From the IMG/VR virus record IMGVR_UViG_3300034117_000797, positions 1 through 63,929 of that record: DNA of 63,929 bases, one strand, 5' to 3'. Every line of letters begins with the position of its first letter. Position 1 is the first letter of the stretch. The translations under genes and the position numbers were made by a program. A model generated the notes under the pieces. The model worked only from the letters and a program-made list of their open reading frames with translations. It was not told the DNA's origin and made no database searches. Below, piece after piece: positions 26,068 through 36,744 of this stretch. Source of the stretch: a virus. Lineage: Duplodnaviria; Caudoviricetes.

Positions 26068-27571
26068 TACAACAGCATATACTTTTTAATATGTCAATTT
26101 GCTCTTGAGCAGATACCCAATCGCTAGCGCATACAGCGAACTCTAAAGCATCCAATGTAACTCGGAACTTCATCGCATTCATAAACGCTTTATTGTCACA
26201 CATACTCTTACAAGGATTGTTCTTCATTCCGCAGAATGCATCAGCAACTAATTGCTTGTAGCACTTAAGCAGCGATACACATAGGACAACAATCTTTTCA
26301 GTCGTACAATAACGTGTATCATCACAAGTACCAGTACAAGTATAAAGCGTCCAATAATCAGCATTAGCAATATCAGCAGGGTCAAGATTCGTGCTGGAAG
26401 TTGTACACTTATATAATTTGCCATCTCGTCTTACTATTGTACCTAAGAATGATTCATAATACACTTCATTGCTCCAATCAGGATAAGTACAGATTTGGAA
26501 TGAATAGATACCATCCTCATCTATATTTGTCAATGTGTACTGAAATGTATTTGTAGAGTTGTAGTGCGGTTGAATCACCTGATTAGAAGGTGTCACATCG
26601 GCAGTCGCCCAAATGTATTGCTCTCCGTTCGGCTTTGTCATCGTAATCGTTCTACTCGTGAACAACTCTGGGTCATGCCCTGGCAAGTCATTCGTGTAGT
26701 AATTAGATGTGTCTGAGAACGTAATCGTTTTACAATCGCAAGAAATGCTCATAGTAGAGCATCCATCTGTTGATAGTGAAGATATGAATGGTACTGTATA
26801 TGTAGGACAAGATGTAATCTCCTCAATGGTATCGTAATCAAAGTTATACGACAAGAATGAGCTTACCTCTTGATATTGAGGCGCTCGTACAGGCTCTATG
26901 TCAATGATATTTATGCCATCAACGAAATGAGTAACAGTATCACCGTCAAACACATATCTATTTACCTCAGTAAAAGGACTTCCGTTATTGTCATAAACTA
27001 TTGACAATGTAAATTCAAAATTGTCGTTATAGTACTTCTCGAAAGCCAAATTTTCATATCGTGCAAAATCGTCAATTAACCACCAAGAAGGGTGGGATTT
27101 AACAACCTTTACAGGAATATCGTATAAATTAACAACCGACTCAACAAATACATATATATTGTTAACTCCAAACCCAATTTCAACATTACTATTAGCTATC
27201 GTTATGGCGTTTGCTACGTTGTTTGTGTATAGATATTCATTACCAAGAGTATATAATGGAAAAGCAGTTCTATTAAGAGTAGAATCTTGGTCTAAAGTTA
27301 AATTAGCAGGGGCAGAAATTACCTCGAATCCATTGAACTTCATTGAAGTAATGGAGTAAGTTCCAGAATATGAAAATCCTTCTTCTTGCTCTACTCCTGG
27401 ATGATAAAAACGACTTTGAACATTCCGCTTTACTTTGTATGACTTAGTAATGTCATCATCAAATCTTACGGTCATTCCGTTATACGAGAATAATGCAGCA
27501 GGATTTACGCTCGGAAGCGTAGGATATATCCTATTACATTTTATGAGGTCGTGGGTTGTGATTGTAGCCAT
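26060..27571 (-). CDS. Tail hub/fibre-docking-like structural protein with a Cys-rich C-terminus
   Basis: 503 aa; has its own promoter element at 27588-27595; ends in ICCCNG. Confidence 0.6.
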   Translation of the reverse strand: MATITTHDLIKCNRIYPTLPSVNPAALFSYNGMTVRFDDDITKSYKVKRNVQSRFYHPGVEQEEGFSYSGTYSITSMKFNGFEVISAPANLTLDQDSTLNRTAFPLYTLGNEYLYTNNVANAITIANSNVEIGFGVNNIYVFVESVVNLYDIPVKVVKSHPSWWLIDDFARYENLAFEKYYNDNFEFTLSIVYDNNGSPFTEVNRYVFDGDTVTHFVDGINIIDIEPVRAPQYQEVSSFLSYNFDYDTIEEITSCPTYTVPFISSLSTDGCSTMSISCDCKTITFSDTSNYYTNDLPGHDPELFTSRTITMTKPNGEQYIWATADVTPSNQVIQPHYNSTNTFQYTLTNIDEDGIYSFQICTYPDWSNEVYYESFLGTIVRRDGKLYKCTTSSTNLDPADIANADYWTLYTCTGTCDDTRYCTTEKIVVLCVSLLKCYKQLVADAFCGMKNNPCKSMCDNKAFMNAMKFRVTLDALEFAVCASDWVSAQEQIDILKSICCCNG

Positions 27572-27622
27572 ATGCTCTTAATTGTTACAAATTTACTTTT
27601 TTTATTGATTGATATTTTTTAG

Positions 27623-30600
27623 TTAAAAATTGCGTCTGAATCTGCTCCTTGCTTTTATCACATCACCTTCTTCTGCTGAAATTCCAGATTCATCTTCAGT
27701 GAACATATCAGGCTCTTTATCTTCGTCTGCAGGAGTATAGCTAGGCTCTCCATTCTTTTCAATGTATGGAATACCATAGAACATTTCAAATATTCTGTCG
27801 TTTTTACCTCTCTCTTTATTTTTCTCCATGTAATCCATATCCCAATTCATGATTGCATTTGTGAAGTCTTGCGCTCCATCCATCCATTCACCTATATTGG
27901 AAACCAAATCACTGACATTCTTTAATCCTATAGCTTTAGTTATATCGTCGTACTCTTTTTCTGTAGTCTTATTTATCCAAAATCTATCATTAAATTGTTC
28001 TGCATATCTATCGACGTTCTCTCCAGAATCAAAAGTCTTCTCACCTTCTCTTTCTAAGAAATCTTTTCTTTGAGCCGTTGTCATATTACCCCACCAGTCT
28101 CTTTTTGCTGCATCATACATTATTGGAGTAGTCTCCCAAAGACCTATCAATGTTTTTAAGATTGGAACATTATCCTTCCAGTCATCATCTCTCATGTGAT
28201 TTAAGAATCCATCTATTACAAATCCAGGCATTCCGTATCCTTGGAACATTGAACCTAAAGCATCCATTCCTGTGTCGTGAAGCGCTCGTTTCTTAGCATC
28301 TTCGTCGTCTCCCATAAGCACTGAAATAGCTCCATTGGCAATCACAGAGAACAACAGTGAAGCGGCAAGTGTATAGTATGTAATATCAACTGATGCTTTT
28401 ACAATCTCTCTATCAGATATTGCTTCTCTTCTTGCCTCAACGCCTTCTTCTTTTTGCATTCTATTTGCTTGATAAATAGTACGCATTCCTGTAACTACTT
28501 TCTTAGCCGCAGCCATTTGCCCTGTTCGGTACATACCAAGCATTCTAAATGTTTCATCAAGCTGTATGTTACTCGTTAAGTCAGCACGAGTAGACTGCTG
28601 AGACAATTCAGTCTCTGTGATGAATTGCTCTAATGCATAGGCTTTTGCTTCCTCATGAGTCATACCCTCTGATAAAGCATGTCTATAAGATGCAGTGGCA
28701 AAAAATAAACCACCTCCAGGCCCGTACAACAAGGCAAATTTATCACCATATCTTACTGGAGCCATTGCTGCTTGAGAGAACTTAGACCATACTTTAGCTG
28801 ATGTGCTATTTTGAGCCTGCTCCATCAATCTTTTCATTTCAACGTCAATATGCTGACCTGTCAATCGCTCTTTAACATAATCGCTACCAATTATGTCTTT
28901 TACAAGTTCTAATTCGTCTTTATTGACTGGCGCACCTTTCCATATTTGAAGAGGGTCTAATCCCTTATCTATACCAGCTACCCAATAGTGAGTAAATCCA
29001 ACAAACTGCTTAGCTAACGAGGAAGGCTTAAATCCAAGAGTAGTTACAACGGTATAATTCCTAATTCCCATCAATATGTTTCTTACCGAAGAACTTGGAG
29101 CTGAAATCCCCTGATTGCTAAGTACTCTTGCTGTATGTGTTTTGATGTCGTTGTAGTCATCAATTCCTAAATTCTTTATTAAATGTGGTGCATTGATTGC
29201 ACTAAATAATTCGTTGACTTTTTTGGCAATGGGCATAAAGTTTTTAGCATGCTCCATATTTTTTACATAGTCAAGATATTTAGCATGAGCGTCCATACCA
29301 ATATTGAAGTTACCTTGATAATTCTTTTTTGCCTTCATGTTATTAGAAGTGGCATTCATCATATTGAATGACCCATCATCCCCCATTAAGCTTCCTTCAT
29401 CTACAAAATTTTGAGTATAATCAGATGCATTAGCAGGGTAATAAGGAAAATCTCCAGAAGGGAAAGGAGTTCCTGTATATGCCACATATGTTGGCTCATA
29501 CTCAACTCCAAGCTCTTTGTATTTTTCCATTAAGAAATCAGCGTATTTTTTTAGCTGAGCATCTCCTTCAACATGAGCAATAACTGCATCTACATCAACA
29601 CCAGAATTTGTAAGTCTCTTAACTCCATCTTTAGTTTGAGCAAGATTGTAGTAATCAATAACGTGACCATTTGTTATATTGACTCCTTTTGCAACCTCAG
29701 AAGTAACAATTCCATCTACCGACTCAGATAACTTATCAATCGCCTTAGAGCCACGCTTGGCTACACCTGCTCTTTCCTTAGCTTTCTTAGCAGGATATGT
29801 TCCGAATATCTCATCTAATTTTTCGTAGTACTCGTTTACCTTTTTGCTATAAGCAATATCCCTAGCGACATAAGCCTTTTTAACTGGCTCCATTATATTA
29901 TCTCTAACAAATCTAGCTACAGCTGGGCTTTTAGACCAAGTTTTAGTGTATAATGAATACAAGTCGTTTATTGCTTTTGTTGGAGTAAGGAAATTGATTA
30001 CTCTATTGATTAGCTTCTTACTTTTTGCTCTTTCATTTAGCTTAGCCAATTCAGAATTTTCTTGCTTATATCCAGTCGCTCCAACAACTTCTACATCTGC
30101 ATTAGGCATAGAATCATATTTCGCTTGAGCCGTGCTTAATTGTTTATTTTTAGCGTTAATCTTTTTTGAAATAGCCTTCAAATCAGGGTCAGTAGATTCA
30201 TTACCTCCTTCGACTATAACCTCTTCCAGTCGAGTTTCATAATCTCTTTTTAGGTCAGTTATCTCCTCTTCAATATCTGCTATTTTCTCACCTTGCTTTC
30301 CTTTTTGAGTGTCTTTATTTATTAGTTGCGTAAATGAACCCTTATCATATAGTTTACCATCAACGACTACTTTTCCTCCCTTATCAAAGAAATCCATTAT
30401 CTCATCAACAGAATTAAGGGTAGTCCCCTGACCCTTAGCAAGACCTTGTATCAATGCAGCAGCACGTTCTCTTTTAGCATTATCGTCTAATGCTTTTAGT
30501 CGCTTGTAATCAGCTTTACCTTCAGATACTATTCCATCAATAATGTCATTTATCTCATCAAGCTCTTCTTGTGTCTTTCCATCAAGCTCATCCATGTTTA

Positions 30601-33600
30601 TGTTGTTGATAAACTTGAAATATTCCTTCTGAGCTTCCACAGTAGTCTTTCCAACCCATTTATTCCCTTGACGGCTAAGGATAGTTCTTTTACTTTTGGC
30701 CTTATCTCGAATTTCCTTGATGGTCGCCTTTCTATTTCTCTCAGCAGTCTTAGCATCACGCTTAGCTGTGCTTTCGTTTTTCTTGGCAATAATAGCATCA
30801 ATTCTATCCAATGCGGCCTCAAGGTCCTTAGCTTTTAGAGCTGCTGTAATCTTATTAAATTCAGCATTGGTATATTCACCTTTAGGAAGATTCTTCTTTG
30901 CATAGTCAAGGATTTGATTGCGCATTTTATTCATCCATATGCGAGTCTCTTTACCTGCCTTTTCCTTGTCTCTCAACTGCTTTCTTAATGCCTCAGATTC
31001 AGTCATCTGAATAGTCTTTTCATCTTTAGCAGTTCCTGTTGACTCAGCGACTTTTTTACCAAACTCTTTAGCCGCAGCTTTCTCAGCAGAAGTCATCTTG
31101 CCCTCGTCGAACAAGTTGTTCATTCCTGCGTTGTAATCAGCTGCTGCTTGTTGTTTTTGCGCTCTATTCAATCCTTTATACCAATCAGAATTCTTAACTA
31201 CCTTGAATCCTGCGTCTATTGCTTTTTGAACCGTTTCGGCAGACATACCTGCGGCTTCAACTACTTTGGCTGCAGCCTCTAATGACGTGTTCCATACAGC
31301 ATCAAATCCAGGGATAGATGATTTCAGTCCTTCACCGCCTAATTTACCTGCTCTAATCTTATTGGCAAAGTCCTTAGCAATTTGAGAGATAGTTCTTCCT
31401 TCTATTACTGGCTCAGCTGTTGTTTCAGTTTGAGTTTCCGTAACAGGCGCAGTCATTTTAGTTTCATCAACAGACGTATTTTCTAGCAACCTCTTTCTAA
31501 TGTCCTCCTGCATTTGATTGTATGCAGCATCAGGTATAGCATCAAATCGAACTTCATACTTGCTTCCTTCATTGTACTTATTATTGAAGTCATTAAGTAC
31601 TGCCTCAATGTCTTTCTTTGCTGCGTCAATATCCGTTCCTTTAGGAACAGAAATACTACCACCTATATATCCAGACCTTCCGCCTTGTCCTCCTCTTGAT
31701 TTTTCTAGGGCGCCTAACTTAAAGTGTATTATGTTTTCGTTCTCTTTTGTGTCATCTACAGCAAATCCTTTTTCATCAAATGGTATATCAACAGAGTTCT
31801 TACCGCCTTCAGTTTCTACTCTTACGAAAGGCATTCTGATGTCAGGTGCTTCTCCCTTAAAATTAGAGTTAGCCAAATCTTTTCGACCATCTGGAGTTCC
31901 ATGTATTGCAATTCCAACCTCTTCATCTTTTATTTTTCTCTTCTTAGCTGGAGCTTCAGCTGTAGGCTCAGTAGGAGTAGGAGTAATTGTAGGTTCAGTA
32001 GCTGTTTCAACCGTAGGAGTTTCAACGGTGCCTGTAGATGTAGGAGTTTCAGCTACTGTTGTTTCTGCTATTGGTGCGCTCGTTGCAGCTTCAGCAACAG
32101 GAGCCTCAGCGGCAGTTGTTTCAGCGGCAGGAGTTTGCTCAACCTTAACCATGTTAAGCTTTTTCCTTGTGTTAAATATGTTACCTAGAGCTGTTGAGCT
32201 GAGAGATTTATCAGCAGGAACATAACCCTGCTTAGCTAATTCTTGAGCTTCTTCTAGGCTTCGAGCAGTAGCCTTTTGTGGTTTAGGCGGTTTAGGAGCT
32301 TCAGCAGGTGTTTCAGTAGTTGCTTCGGCAGCAGGAGCTACTTGTTCAGCTTGCCCTTGTTCTTCTTGAACCACTCCACCAGTGCTAGGCGCTTCTTCGC
32401 TTGTCCCAGCGACAGGTTGTCCTTCGACAGGTTCTTGCCCTTCTCCGACTTGACCTGATACCCCTTCTTCGTCTTTTTTATCATTTTCTTCGATTGTTTG
32501 TTCTACCGCTTGTTGCTTACCCTTATTCTCAGCAAACTCTTCAACCTTGCTATCTGCCTCATTTAAGTCAGCTCTGATAGCTTCAATAGCAGCGTCTACT
32601 TGTTCCTTTGATTTTGGAGGTAATTTTTCATACGCATCTTTAGCACCTTTAGATTCAGTAAGACCAAATCCTGCCCCCATAATAAACGATGAAATCAAAA
32701 ATTCTTGAACTTGGTCAAAAGTACCAAACTGCTTACCCAATTCAGCCTTCATCTCTCCCCAACTATCAGTTCTTTGGTAGATTCCAACAAGCTCCTGCAT
32801 TGTTTCCTCCCCTGTCTCACCAATACCACGAGCAGTAGCTTCTCCTCCTTTTTTAATTACATTGATGGCCGCATCAACTTTGTTCCCAAATATACCTTGA
32901 AGATATTTGTAAACTTGGTCTTTAGGCATCTTAGAGAAAAATACTCCAAGAGACTCAGAAACCACTCCTCCTGCCATGAAAGACAAGAAGTTTAGTTCAT
33001 CTTCCTGAGAGGTAAAGATGTCCCCTGCAATCTCAGCTTTTACAGCCGATTCGATTGTTGGCTTTAGGAATCTACCAAATCGTGTAGATTGAAGTGCGCT
33101 ATTGTATATCTTCTCAGCAGTGCTTACAATCTTTGCTGTCTTCGTTACATTTGCGCCAGTGATAAGGCCTTCAATTCCTTTAACCACCCTAAGAGCTGTA
33201 GATGGAACTCCTGCGGTTAAAACCATTGGCGCTATGATTGCGGCAGTAGTACCAGTCATGCTACCCCATTTCTCCATGCTCCAAAAGTCAACCTTAGATT
33301 GCTCCTCCAATTTCTTAGCCATCTCAGGAGTAACAAAGTCATCTTCCTTGAATCCGAACTCTTGCAATTTCTGAGCAGTTACGGCAGAAGCCTCTGACAA
33401 GTTAGCAAAACCTTCAGCCTTAGCTGTATTAGGGAATAAAGTTGAATAGAATGAATTAGTAAATGATTCCCAAAATCCAGTACCATCATTTGATAGCATG
33501 TCGCTATTGTTGAAGTATAGAGGAGCCATTTTACTCAATGTCGCCTTATTCTGCAACCATTGTTTTTCTACTTTTGACAACGCATAGAATCCATCCCAAT

Positions 33601-36157
33601 CCACCATGTCTTTAACCTTCATGTTGGCATTGCCAAGTCCTTCGGTGTTTAATCCGTTCTCCTTAGCTATTCTGTCGTTCTCAGCGGCCAATCGCTCATA
33701 TATCAAGTCAAATTGTTGCTTAGGAGTAATATCCTTTGGTATAGCAGCTATGATGTTGTATGCGTCTTCTGACATGCTCAGAGCAAGTTGCTGAGCAGTT
33801 TTCTTAGGCTCAGTTAAGAACGCTGCATCCGTTGCGTATATCTTCTTGTCAATCAGCGTTTCATAATCATCTGCTTGGCTTTTCGACTTTTCAAGTTCAG
33901 AAACTACAGCTTGGTACTCAGTAGATTTCTCATCCACTCCATTTCGCTTCATCTCAGATAATGAACTCTCAAGCTTAACGATATTACGTTTTTCAGCGGC
34001 AAGCTTTTGTCTATCATCCTGTATCTTAGCCTGAGATTCTGCGTATTTCTCTCCTTGTAAAGCTGTATATGTATTAACATATTCAGCAAGTTTGCTTTCA
34101 AGGTATTGTCTTTCCGTTCCACTGATGTTTGGAGAGATTACATATTGACCTGCCTCTGGGTCGAATCGCATCTTTCCATTGTCGACATTACTCAATACAA
34201 AATCAGCCATCTGAGATGTATTGTTAAAAATCATTACATCTTCAGAAAATATATCAGTCTTCCCACTAGCAAGCAAATCATCAGCCATCTCCATTTTCTT
34301 CTCAAGCGAAACTCTTGATAAGCTTTTGTTTTCTGCTCTTGCCTTGTTTATCTCAGCGTTGATTTGTTTAGATTCGTTGAAATACGTTTCGGCTTGCTTA
34401 AGAACTTCTTCTACTTTTGATGCCTTAGCAACGGTATAAGAGCCGTCCCCAATGATGTCCTTAATTTTATTTTGGTACTCTAGGAAGGAAGTCATTTGGT
34501 CTCCAGTCAAAACTTGAATTGGCGAACCATCAGCAGCTTTAATAGTAAGCTGACTCATTATGTCAGTATTAGCAAAATTCTGAGCCTTATTAAATGATGC
34601 TTTCTTTTCTTGAGAAACAGTTGCTTTTTTCTCCATCATCAACTGCTCAACGGAAGGTGTAAGCGAATATGTACCTGGGATTACACCCTCATTAAGAACA
34701 CCTTGTCTTTTTATGATTGCACCTAAATCATTGTAATCCGAGGCTTTTACCGCTTCAAATGCTCTTAAGTCAAGCTGAGCTTTTCTCTTAGCCACATCCC
34801 CCTCTGTCATTTGGACATAGTTAGAACCACCCTTAGGGTCTATAAGCCAATCGCCGTTTTCACGTTTATATGAGGCTTTGCTTCCAGGATATATATAAAT
34901 ACCATCAGGTTTGTATTGTAATATAGCGCCAGTATTAAGCTTAGCTTTTCTGTACGTTACATCGCCTTTCGTCATAGGCACAAAGTTGGTTCCTCCTTTA
35001 GGGTCAATAAACCAATCTCCGTTCTTTCTCTGATAAGTCGCATTTGAATCAGGGTATCTATACACACCATCAAGCAACTCTCCTGCTTTTTTTGTCTCTA
35101 CACCAAATGTTTCTTTAGCCTTTGCAGTTTTAGGGTCGTAATTAAAGTTAATCGTACCATCTGCGTTATATTGCTCTGTATTACTCTTAGCTCCGCCCTT
35201 GGTGAAATCATCAAAAGTAAAGTTGTTTTCAGCAACTCTATTGCCCTCAACCTCTTTTCGCATATCACCAAATCTTTGATTGATGATTTCGTTTGCTTTT
35301 TTCTGTGTTTCAGATACAGTTGCTTGGGCATTGGACTCAAGATATTCAGCTCGAGACTCTAAATTATCTCCACCTATCGGCTGATAGTCTCCAGTCAAGT
35401 TAGCATCCTTGTACCATTTACCATCTATCTTTTGATAGTTAGCTGATTTACCTGCCAATCGGTAAGAACCATCAGGTAATCCTTGAGCGTCTTTCTTCTC
35501 TTCTGCACCTACAGTTATTTTCCCTAAGTCATCAATCTGAATACCTTCATTTTTGTATTTAGCATTGACATCTGCAAGGTTGATTTTTGGCTCAACATCA
35601 ATACCACCAACAGGTACTCCATCAGGAGTTTCATTAGGAATTATAGGTTCCTCAACAACTTCGCCTTCTTCGTCTTCTTTAATTATAGGCTGTTTTTCTT
35701 CTTTCTTTGGAATCTGAGGAGCAGCCACAGGAACTCCATCAGGAGTTGTTTCTGGTATATTTAAGGTTGGAGTTTCTACTTTGTCTTCGTCAAAAGCAGG
35801 CTCTACATTTTCCAATCCAAGCCTGTTGATAACATCTGTTTCTGTCTCAATAGGAGACTCAGGAGTAATAGGTTGACCTTCTGCAGGCTGTTCTGCATTA
35901 GGCTCTTCAGTTGGAACCATAGGAATAGCAGGCTGTTCCTCAGCAGTAAGTGGACCTTCTGCTGGAGGTGGCTCCTCATTTGCGACTTGCTCAGCAGGAA
36001 CCTCACTTGGAACTTCTGTCTGCGGAGTCTCTGCTTGTACTGGTGGTATATTCGCTTGGAATTCTTCTGGAGTTGCTTGAGTACTATTCTCAGCTTGAAT
36101 TGTCTCGCCTACTCCACCCGTCTGAGTAGACATTAAATTGTTAGAACCTGCGCCCAT
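27623..36157 (-). CDS. Giant (2844 aa) internal virion / DNA ejection protein
   Basis: Size, position, P/E-rich linkers, hydrophobic Gly/Ala helices, helical C-terminal half; promoter element at 36173-36180. Confidence 0.7.
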   Translation of the reverse strand: MGAGSNNLMSTQTGGVGETIQAENSTQATPEEFQANIPPVQAETPQTEVPSEVPAEQVANEEPPPAEGPLTAEEQPAIPMVPTEEPNAEQPAEGQPITPESPIETETDVINRLGLENVEPAFDEDKVETPTLNIPETTPDGVPVAAPQIPKKEEKQPIIKEDEEGEVVEEPIIPNETPDGVPVGGIDVEPKINLADVNAKYKNEGIQIDDLGKITVGAEEKKDAQGLPDGSYRLAGKSANYQKIDGKWYKDANLTGDYQPIGGDNLESRAEYLESNAQATVSETQKKANEIINQRFGDMRKEVEGNRVAENNFTFDDFTKGGAKSNTEQYNADGTINFNYDPKTAKAKETFGVETKKAGELLDGVYRYPDSNATYQRKNGDWFIDPKGGTNFVPMTKGDVTYRKAKLNTGAILQYKPDGIYIYPGSKASYKRENGDWLIDPKGGSNYVQMTEGDVAKRKAQLDLRAFEAVKASDYNDLGAIIKRQGVLNEGVIPGTYSLTPSVEQLMMEKKATVSQEKKASFNKAQNFANTDIMSQLTIKAADGSPIQVLTGDQMTSFLEYQNKIKDIIGDGSYTVAKASKVEEVLKQAETYFNESKQINAEINKARAENKSLSRVSLEKKMEMADDLLASGKTDIFSEDVMIFNNTSQMADFVLSNVDNGKMRFDPEAGQYVISPNISGTERQYLESKLAEYVNTYTALQGEKYAESQAKIQDDRQKLAAEKRNIVKLESSLSEMKRNGVDEKSTEYQAVVSELEKSKSQADDYETLIDKKIYATDAAFLTEPKKTAQQLALSMSEDAYNIIAAIPKDITPKQQFDLIYERLAAENDRIAKENGLNTEGLGNANMKVKDMVDWDGFYALSKVEKQWLQNKATLSKMAPLYFNNSDMLSNDGTGFWESFTNSFYSTLFPNTAKAEGFANLSEASAVTAQKLQEFGFKEDDFVTPEMAKKLEEQSKVDFWSMEKWGSMTGTTAAIIAPMVLTAGVPSTALRVVKGIEGLITGANVTKTAKIVSTAEKIYNSALQSTRFGRFLKPTIESAVKAEIAGDIFTSQEDELNFLSFMAGGVVSESLGVFFSKMPKDQVYKYLQGIFGNKVDAAINVIKKGGEATARGIGETGEETMQELVGIYQRTDSWGEMKAELGKQFGTFDQVQEFLISSFIMGAGFGLTESKGAKDAYEKLPPKSKEQVDAAIEAIRADLNEADSKVEEFAENKGKQQAVEQTIEENDKKDEEGVSGQVGEGQEPVEGQPVAGTSEEAPSTGGVVQEEQGQAEQVAPAAEATTETPAEAPKPPKPQKATARSLEEAQELAKQGYVPADKSLSSTALGNIFNTRKKLNMVKVEQTPAAETTAAEAPVAEAATSAPIAETTVAETPTSTGTVETPTVETATEPTITPTPTEPTAEAPAKKRKIKDEEVGIAIHGTPDGRKDLANSNFKGEAPDIRMPFVRVETEGGKNSVDIPFDEKGFAVDDTKENENIIHFKLGALEKSRGGQGGRSGYIGGSISVPKGTDIDAAKKDIEAVLNDFNNKYNEGSKYEVRFDAIPDAAYNQMQEDIRKRLLENTSVDETKMTAPVTETQTETTAEPVIEGRTISQIAKDFANKIRAGKLGGEGLKSSIPGFDAVWNTSLEAAAKVVEAAGMSAETVQKAIDAGFKVVKNSDWYKGLNRAQKQQAAADYNAGMNNLFDEGKMTSAEKAAAKEFGKKVAESTGTAKDEKTIQMTESEALRKQLRDKEKAGKETRIWMNKMRNQILDYAKKNLPKGEYTNAEFNKITAALKAKDLEAALDRIDAIIAKKNESTAKRDAKTAERNRKATIKEIRDKAKSKRTILSRQGNKWVGKTTVEAQKEYFKFINNINMDELDGKTQEELDEINDIIDGIVSEGKADYKRLKALDDNAKRERAAALIQGLAKGQGTTLNSVDEIMDFFDKGGKVVVDGKLYDKGSFTQLINKDTQKGKQGEKIADIEEEITDLKRDYETRLEEVIVEGGNESTDPDLKAISKKINAKNKQLSTAQAKYDSMPNADVEVVGATGYKQENSELAKLNERAKSKKLINRVINFLTPTKAINDLYSLYTKTWSKSPAVARFVRDNIMEPVKKAYVARDIAYSKKVNEYYEKLDEIFGTYPAKKAKERAGVAKRGSKAIDKLSESVDGIVTSEVAKGVNITNGHVIDYYNLAQTKDGVKRLTNSGVDVDAVIAHVEGDAQLKKYADFLMEKYKELGVEYEPTYVAYTGTPFPSGDFPYYPANASDYTQNFVDEGSLMGDDGSFNMMNATSNNMKAKKNYQGNFNIGMDAHAKYLDYVKNMEHAKNFMPIAKKVNELFSAINAPHLIKNLGIDDYNDIKTHTARVLSNQGISAPSSSVRNILMGIRNYTVVTTLGFKPSSLAKQFVGFTHYWVAGIDKGLDPLQIWKGAPVNKDELELVKDIIGSDYVKERLTGQHIDVEMKRLMEQAQNSTSAKVWSKFSQAAMAPVRYGDKFALLYGPGGGLFFATASYRHALSEGMTHEEAKAYALEQFITETELSQQSTRADLTSNIQLDETFRMLGMYRTGQMAAAKKVVTGMRTIYQANRMQKEEGVEARREAISDREIVKASVDITYYTLAASLLFSVIANGAISVLMGDDEDAKKRALHDTGMDALGSMFQGYGMPGFVIDGFLNHMRDDDWKDNVPILKTLIGLWETTPIMYDAAKRDWWGNMTTAQRKDFLEREGEKTFDSGENVDRYAEQFNDRFWINKTTEKEYDDITKAIGLKNVSDLVSNIGEWMDGAQDFTNAIMNWDMDYMEKNKERGKNDRIFEMFYGIPYIEKNGEPSYTPADEDKEPDMFTEDESGISAEEGDVIKARSRFRRNF

Positions 36158-36218
36158 TCATTAAAGTTTTGACAAATATACCAATAAACGAGGTACATTC
36201 TTATTAAGTAGATACAAA

Positions 36219-36247
36219 GAAAAAGCGACCCATTGTGTAGGTCGCTC
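36219..36247 (-). terminator. Intrinsic terminator after ferritin
   Basis: AGCGACC/GGTCGCT stem followed by a T-rich run on the - strand. Confidence 0.7.
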
Positions 36248-36264
36248 ATCTATATATAGGCAGG

Positions 36265-36732
36265 TTACTTACCCAATTCTTGGTCAACAAGAATCGGCTC
36301 GCTTGTTCTACTGAGTCGAGCGATTAAATCACCGTACTCACCAACGCTCTGAACCTGAATATCAATTAGCTCTTTTAAGAATGCTTTCATCTTTGGAGAT
36401 GATTTTTCCCATGCGAACTCATACTCTTCAAGTAGGTCTGATTCCATCTCTACAGCGTGAGTAAATGCCTGCATAAGGTCTCCAATTTCATCGTCAACGG
36501 CATCTAAAGAACGAACCTCTAATTGCTCGTTCATGTCATTCATAAATGCTTCTAATTTATCGTAATGTGAAAGTTCAGATAAGCATTCTGCATTGAAGAA
36601 TTTCTCAGCTCCAAAGAAACCGATTGTCTTCATGCTGTTTGCTAAATGTTTGTAAGTATGGCTTGCGACCATTTCTAAATTACCAAGATTGTTCATCATC
36701 TCAACTTCTTGGCTTGTAAGTAATTTCTTCAT
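36265..36732 (-). CDS. Ferritin (non-haem FtnA-like)
   Basis: E..AS.TY, G.FGA..FF, E..H, A.EME, Q pattern of the ferritin four-helix bundle; 155 aa. Confidence 0.85.
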   Translation of the reverse strand: MKKLLTSQEVEMMNNLGNLEMVASHTYKHLANSMKTIGFFGAEKFFNAECLSELSHYDKLEAFMNDMNEQLEVRSLDAVDDEIGDLMQAFTHAVEMESDLLEEYEFAWEKSSPKMKAFLKELIDIQVQSVGEYGDLIARLSRTSEPILVDQELGK

Positions 36733-36744
36733 TTCTTCTGTTTA

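Noticed and set aside
31518-32225. 235 aa + strand ORF and other antisense ORFs within virion genes
   Set aside because: Shadow frames of long A/E/T/P-rich - strand genes; no start context or motifs
27623-36157. Virion RNA polymerase
   Set aside because: No catalytic DxDxD-type motif seen; a structure search is needed to exclude it completely
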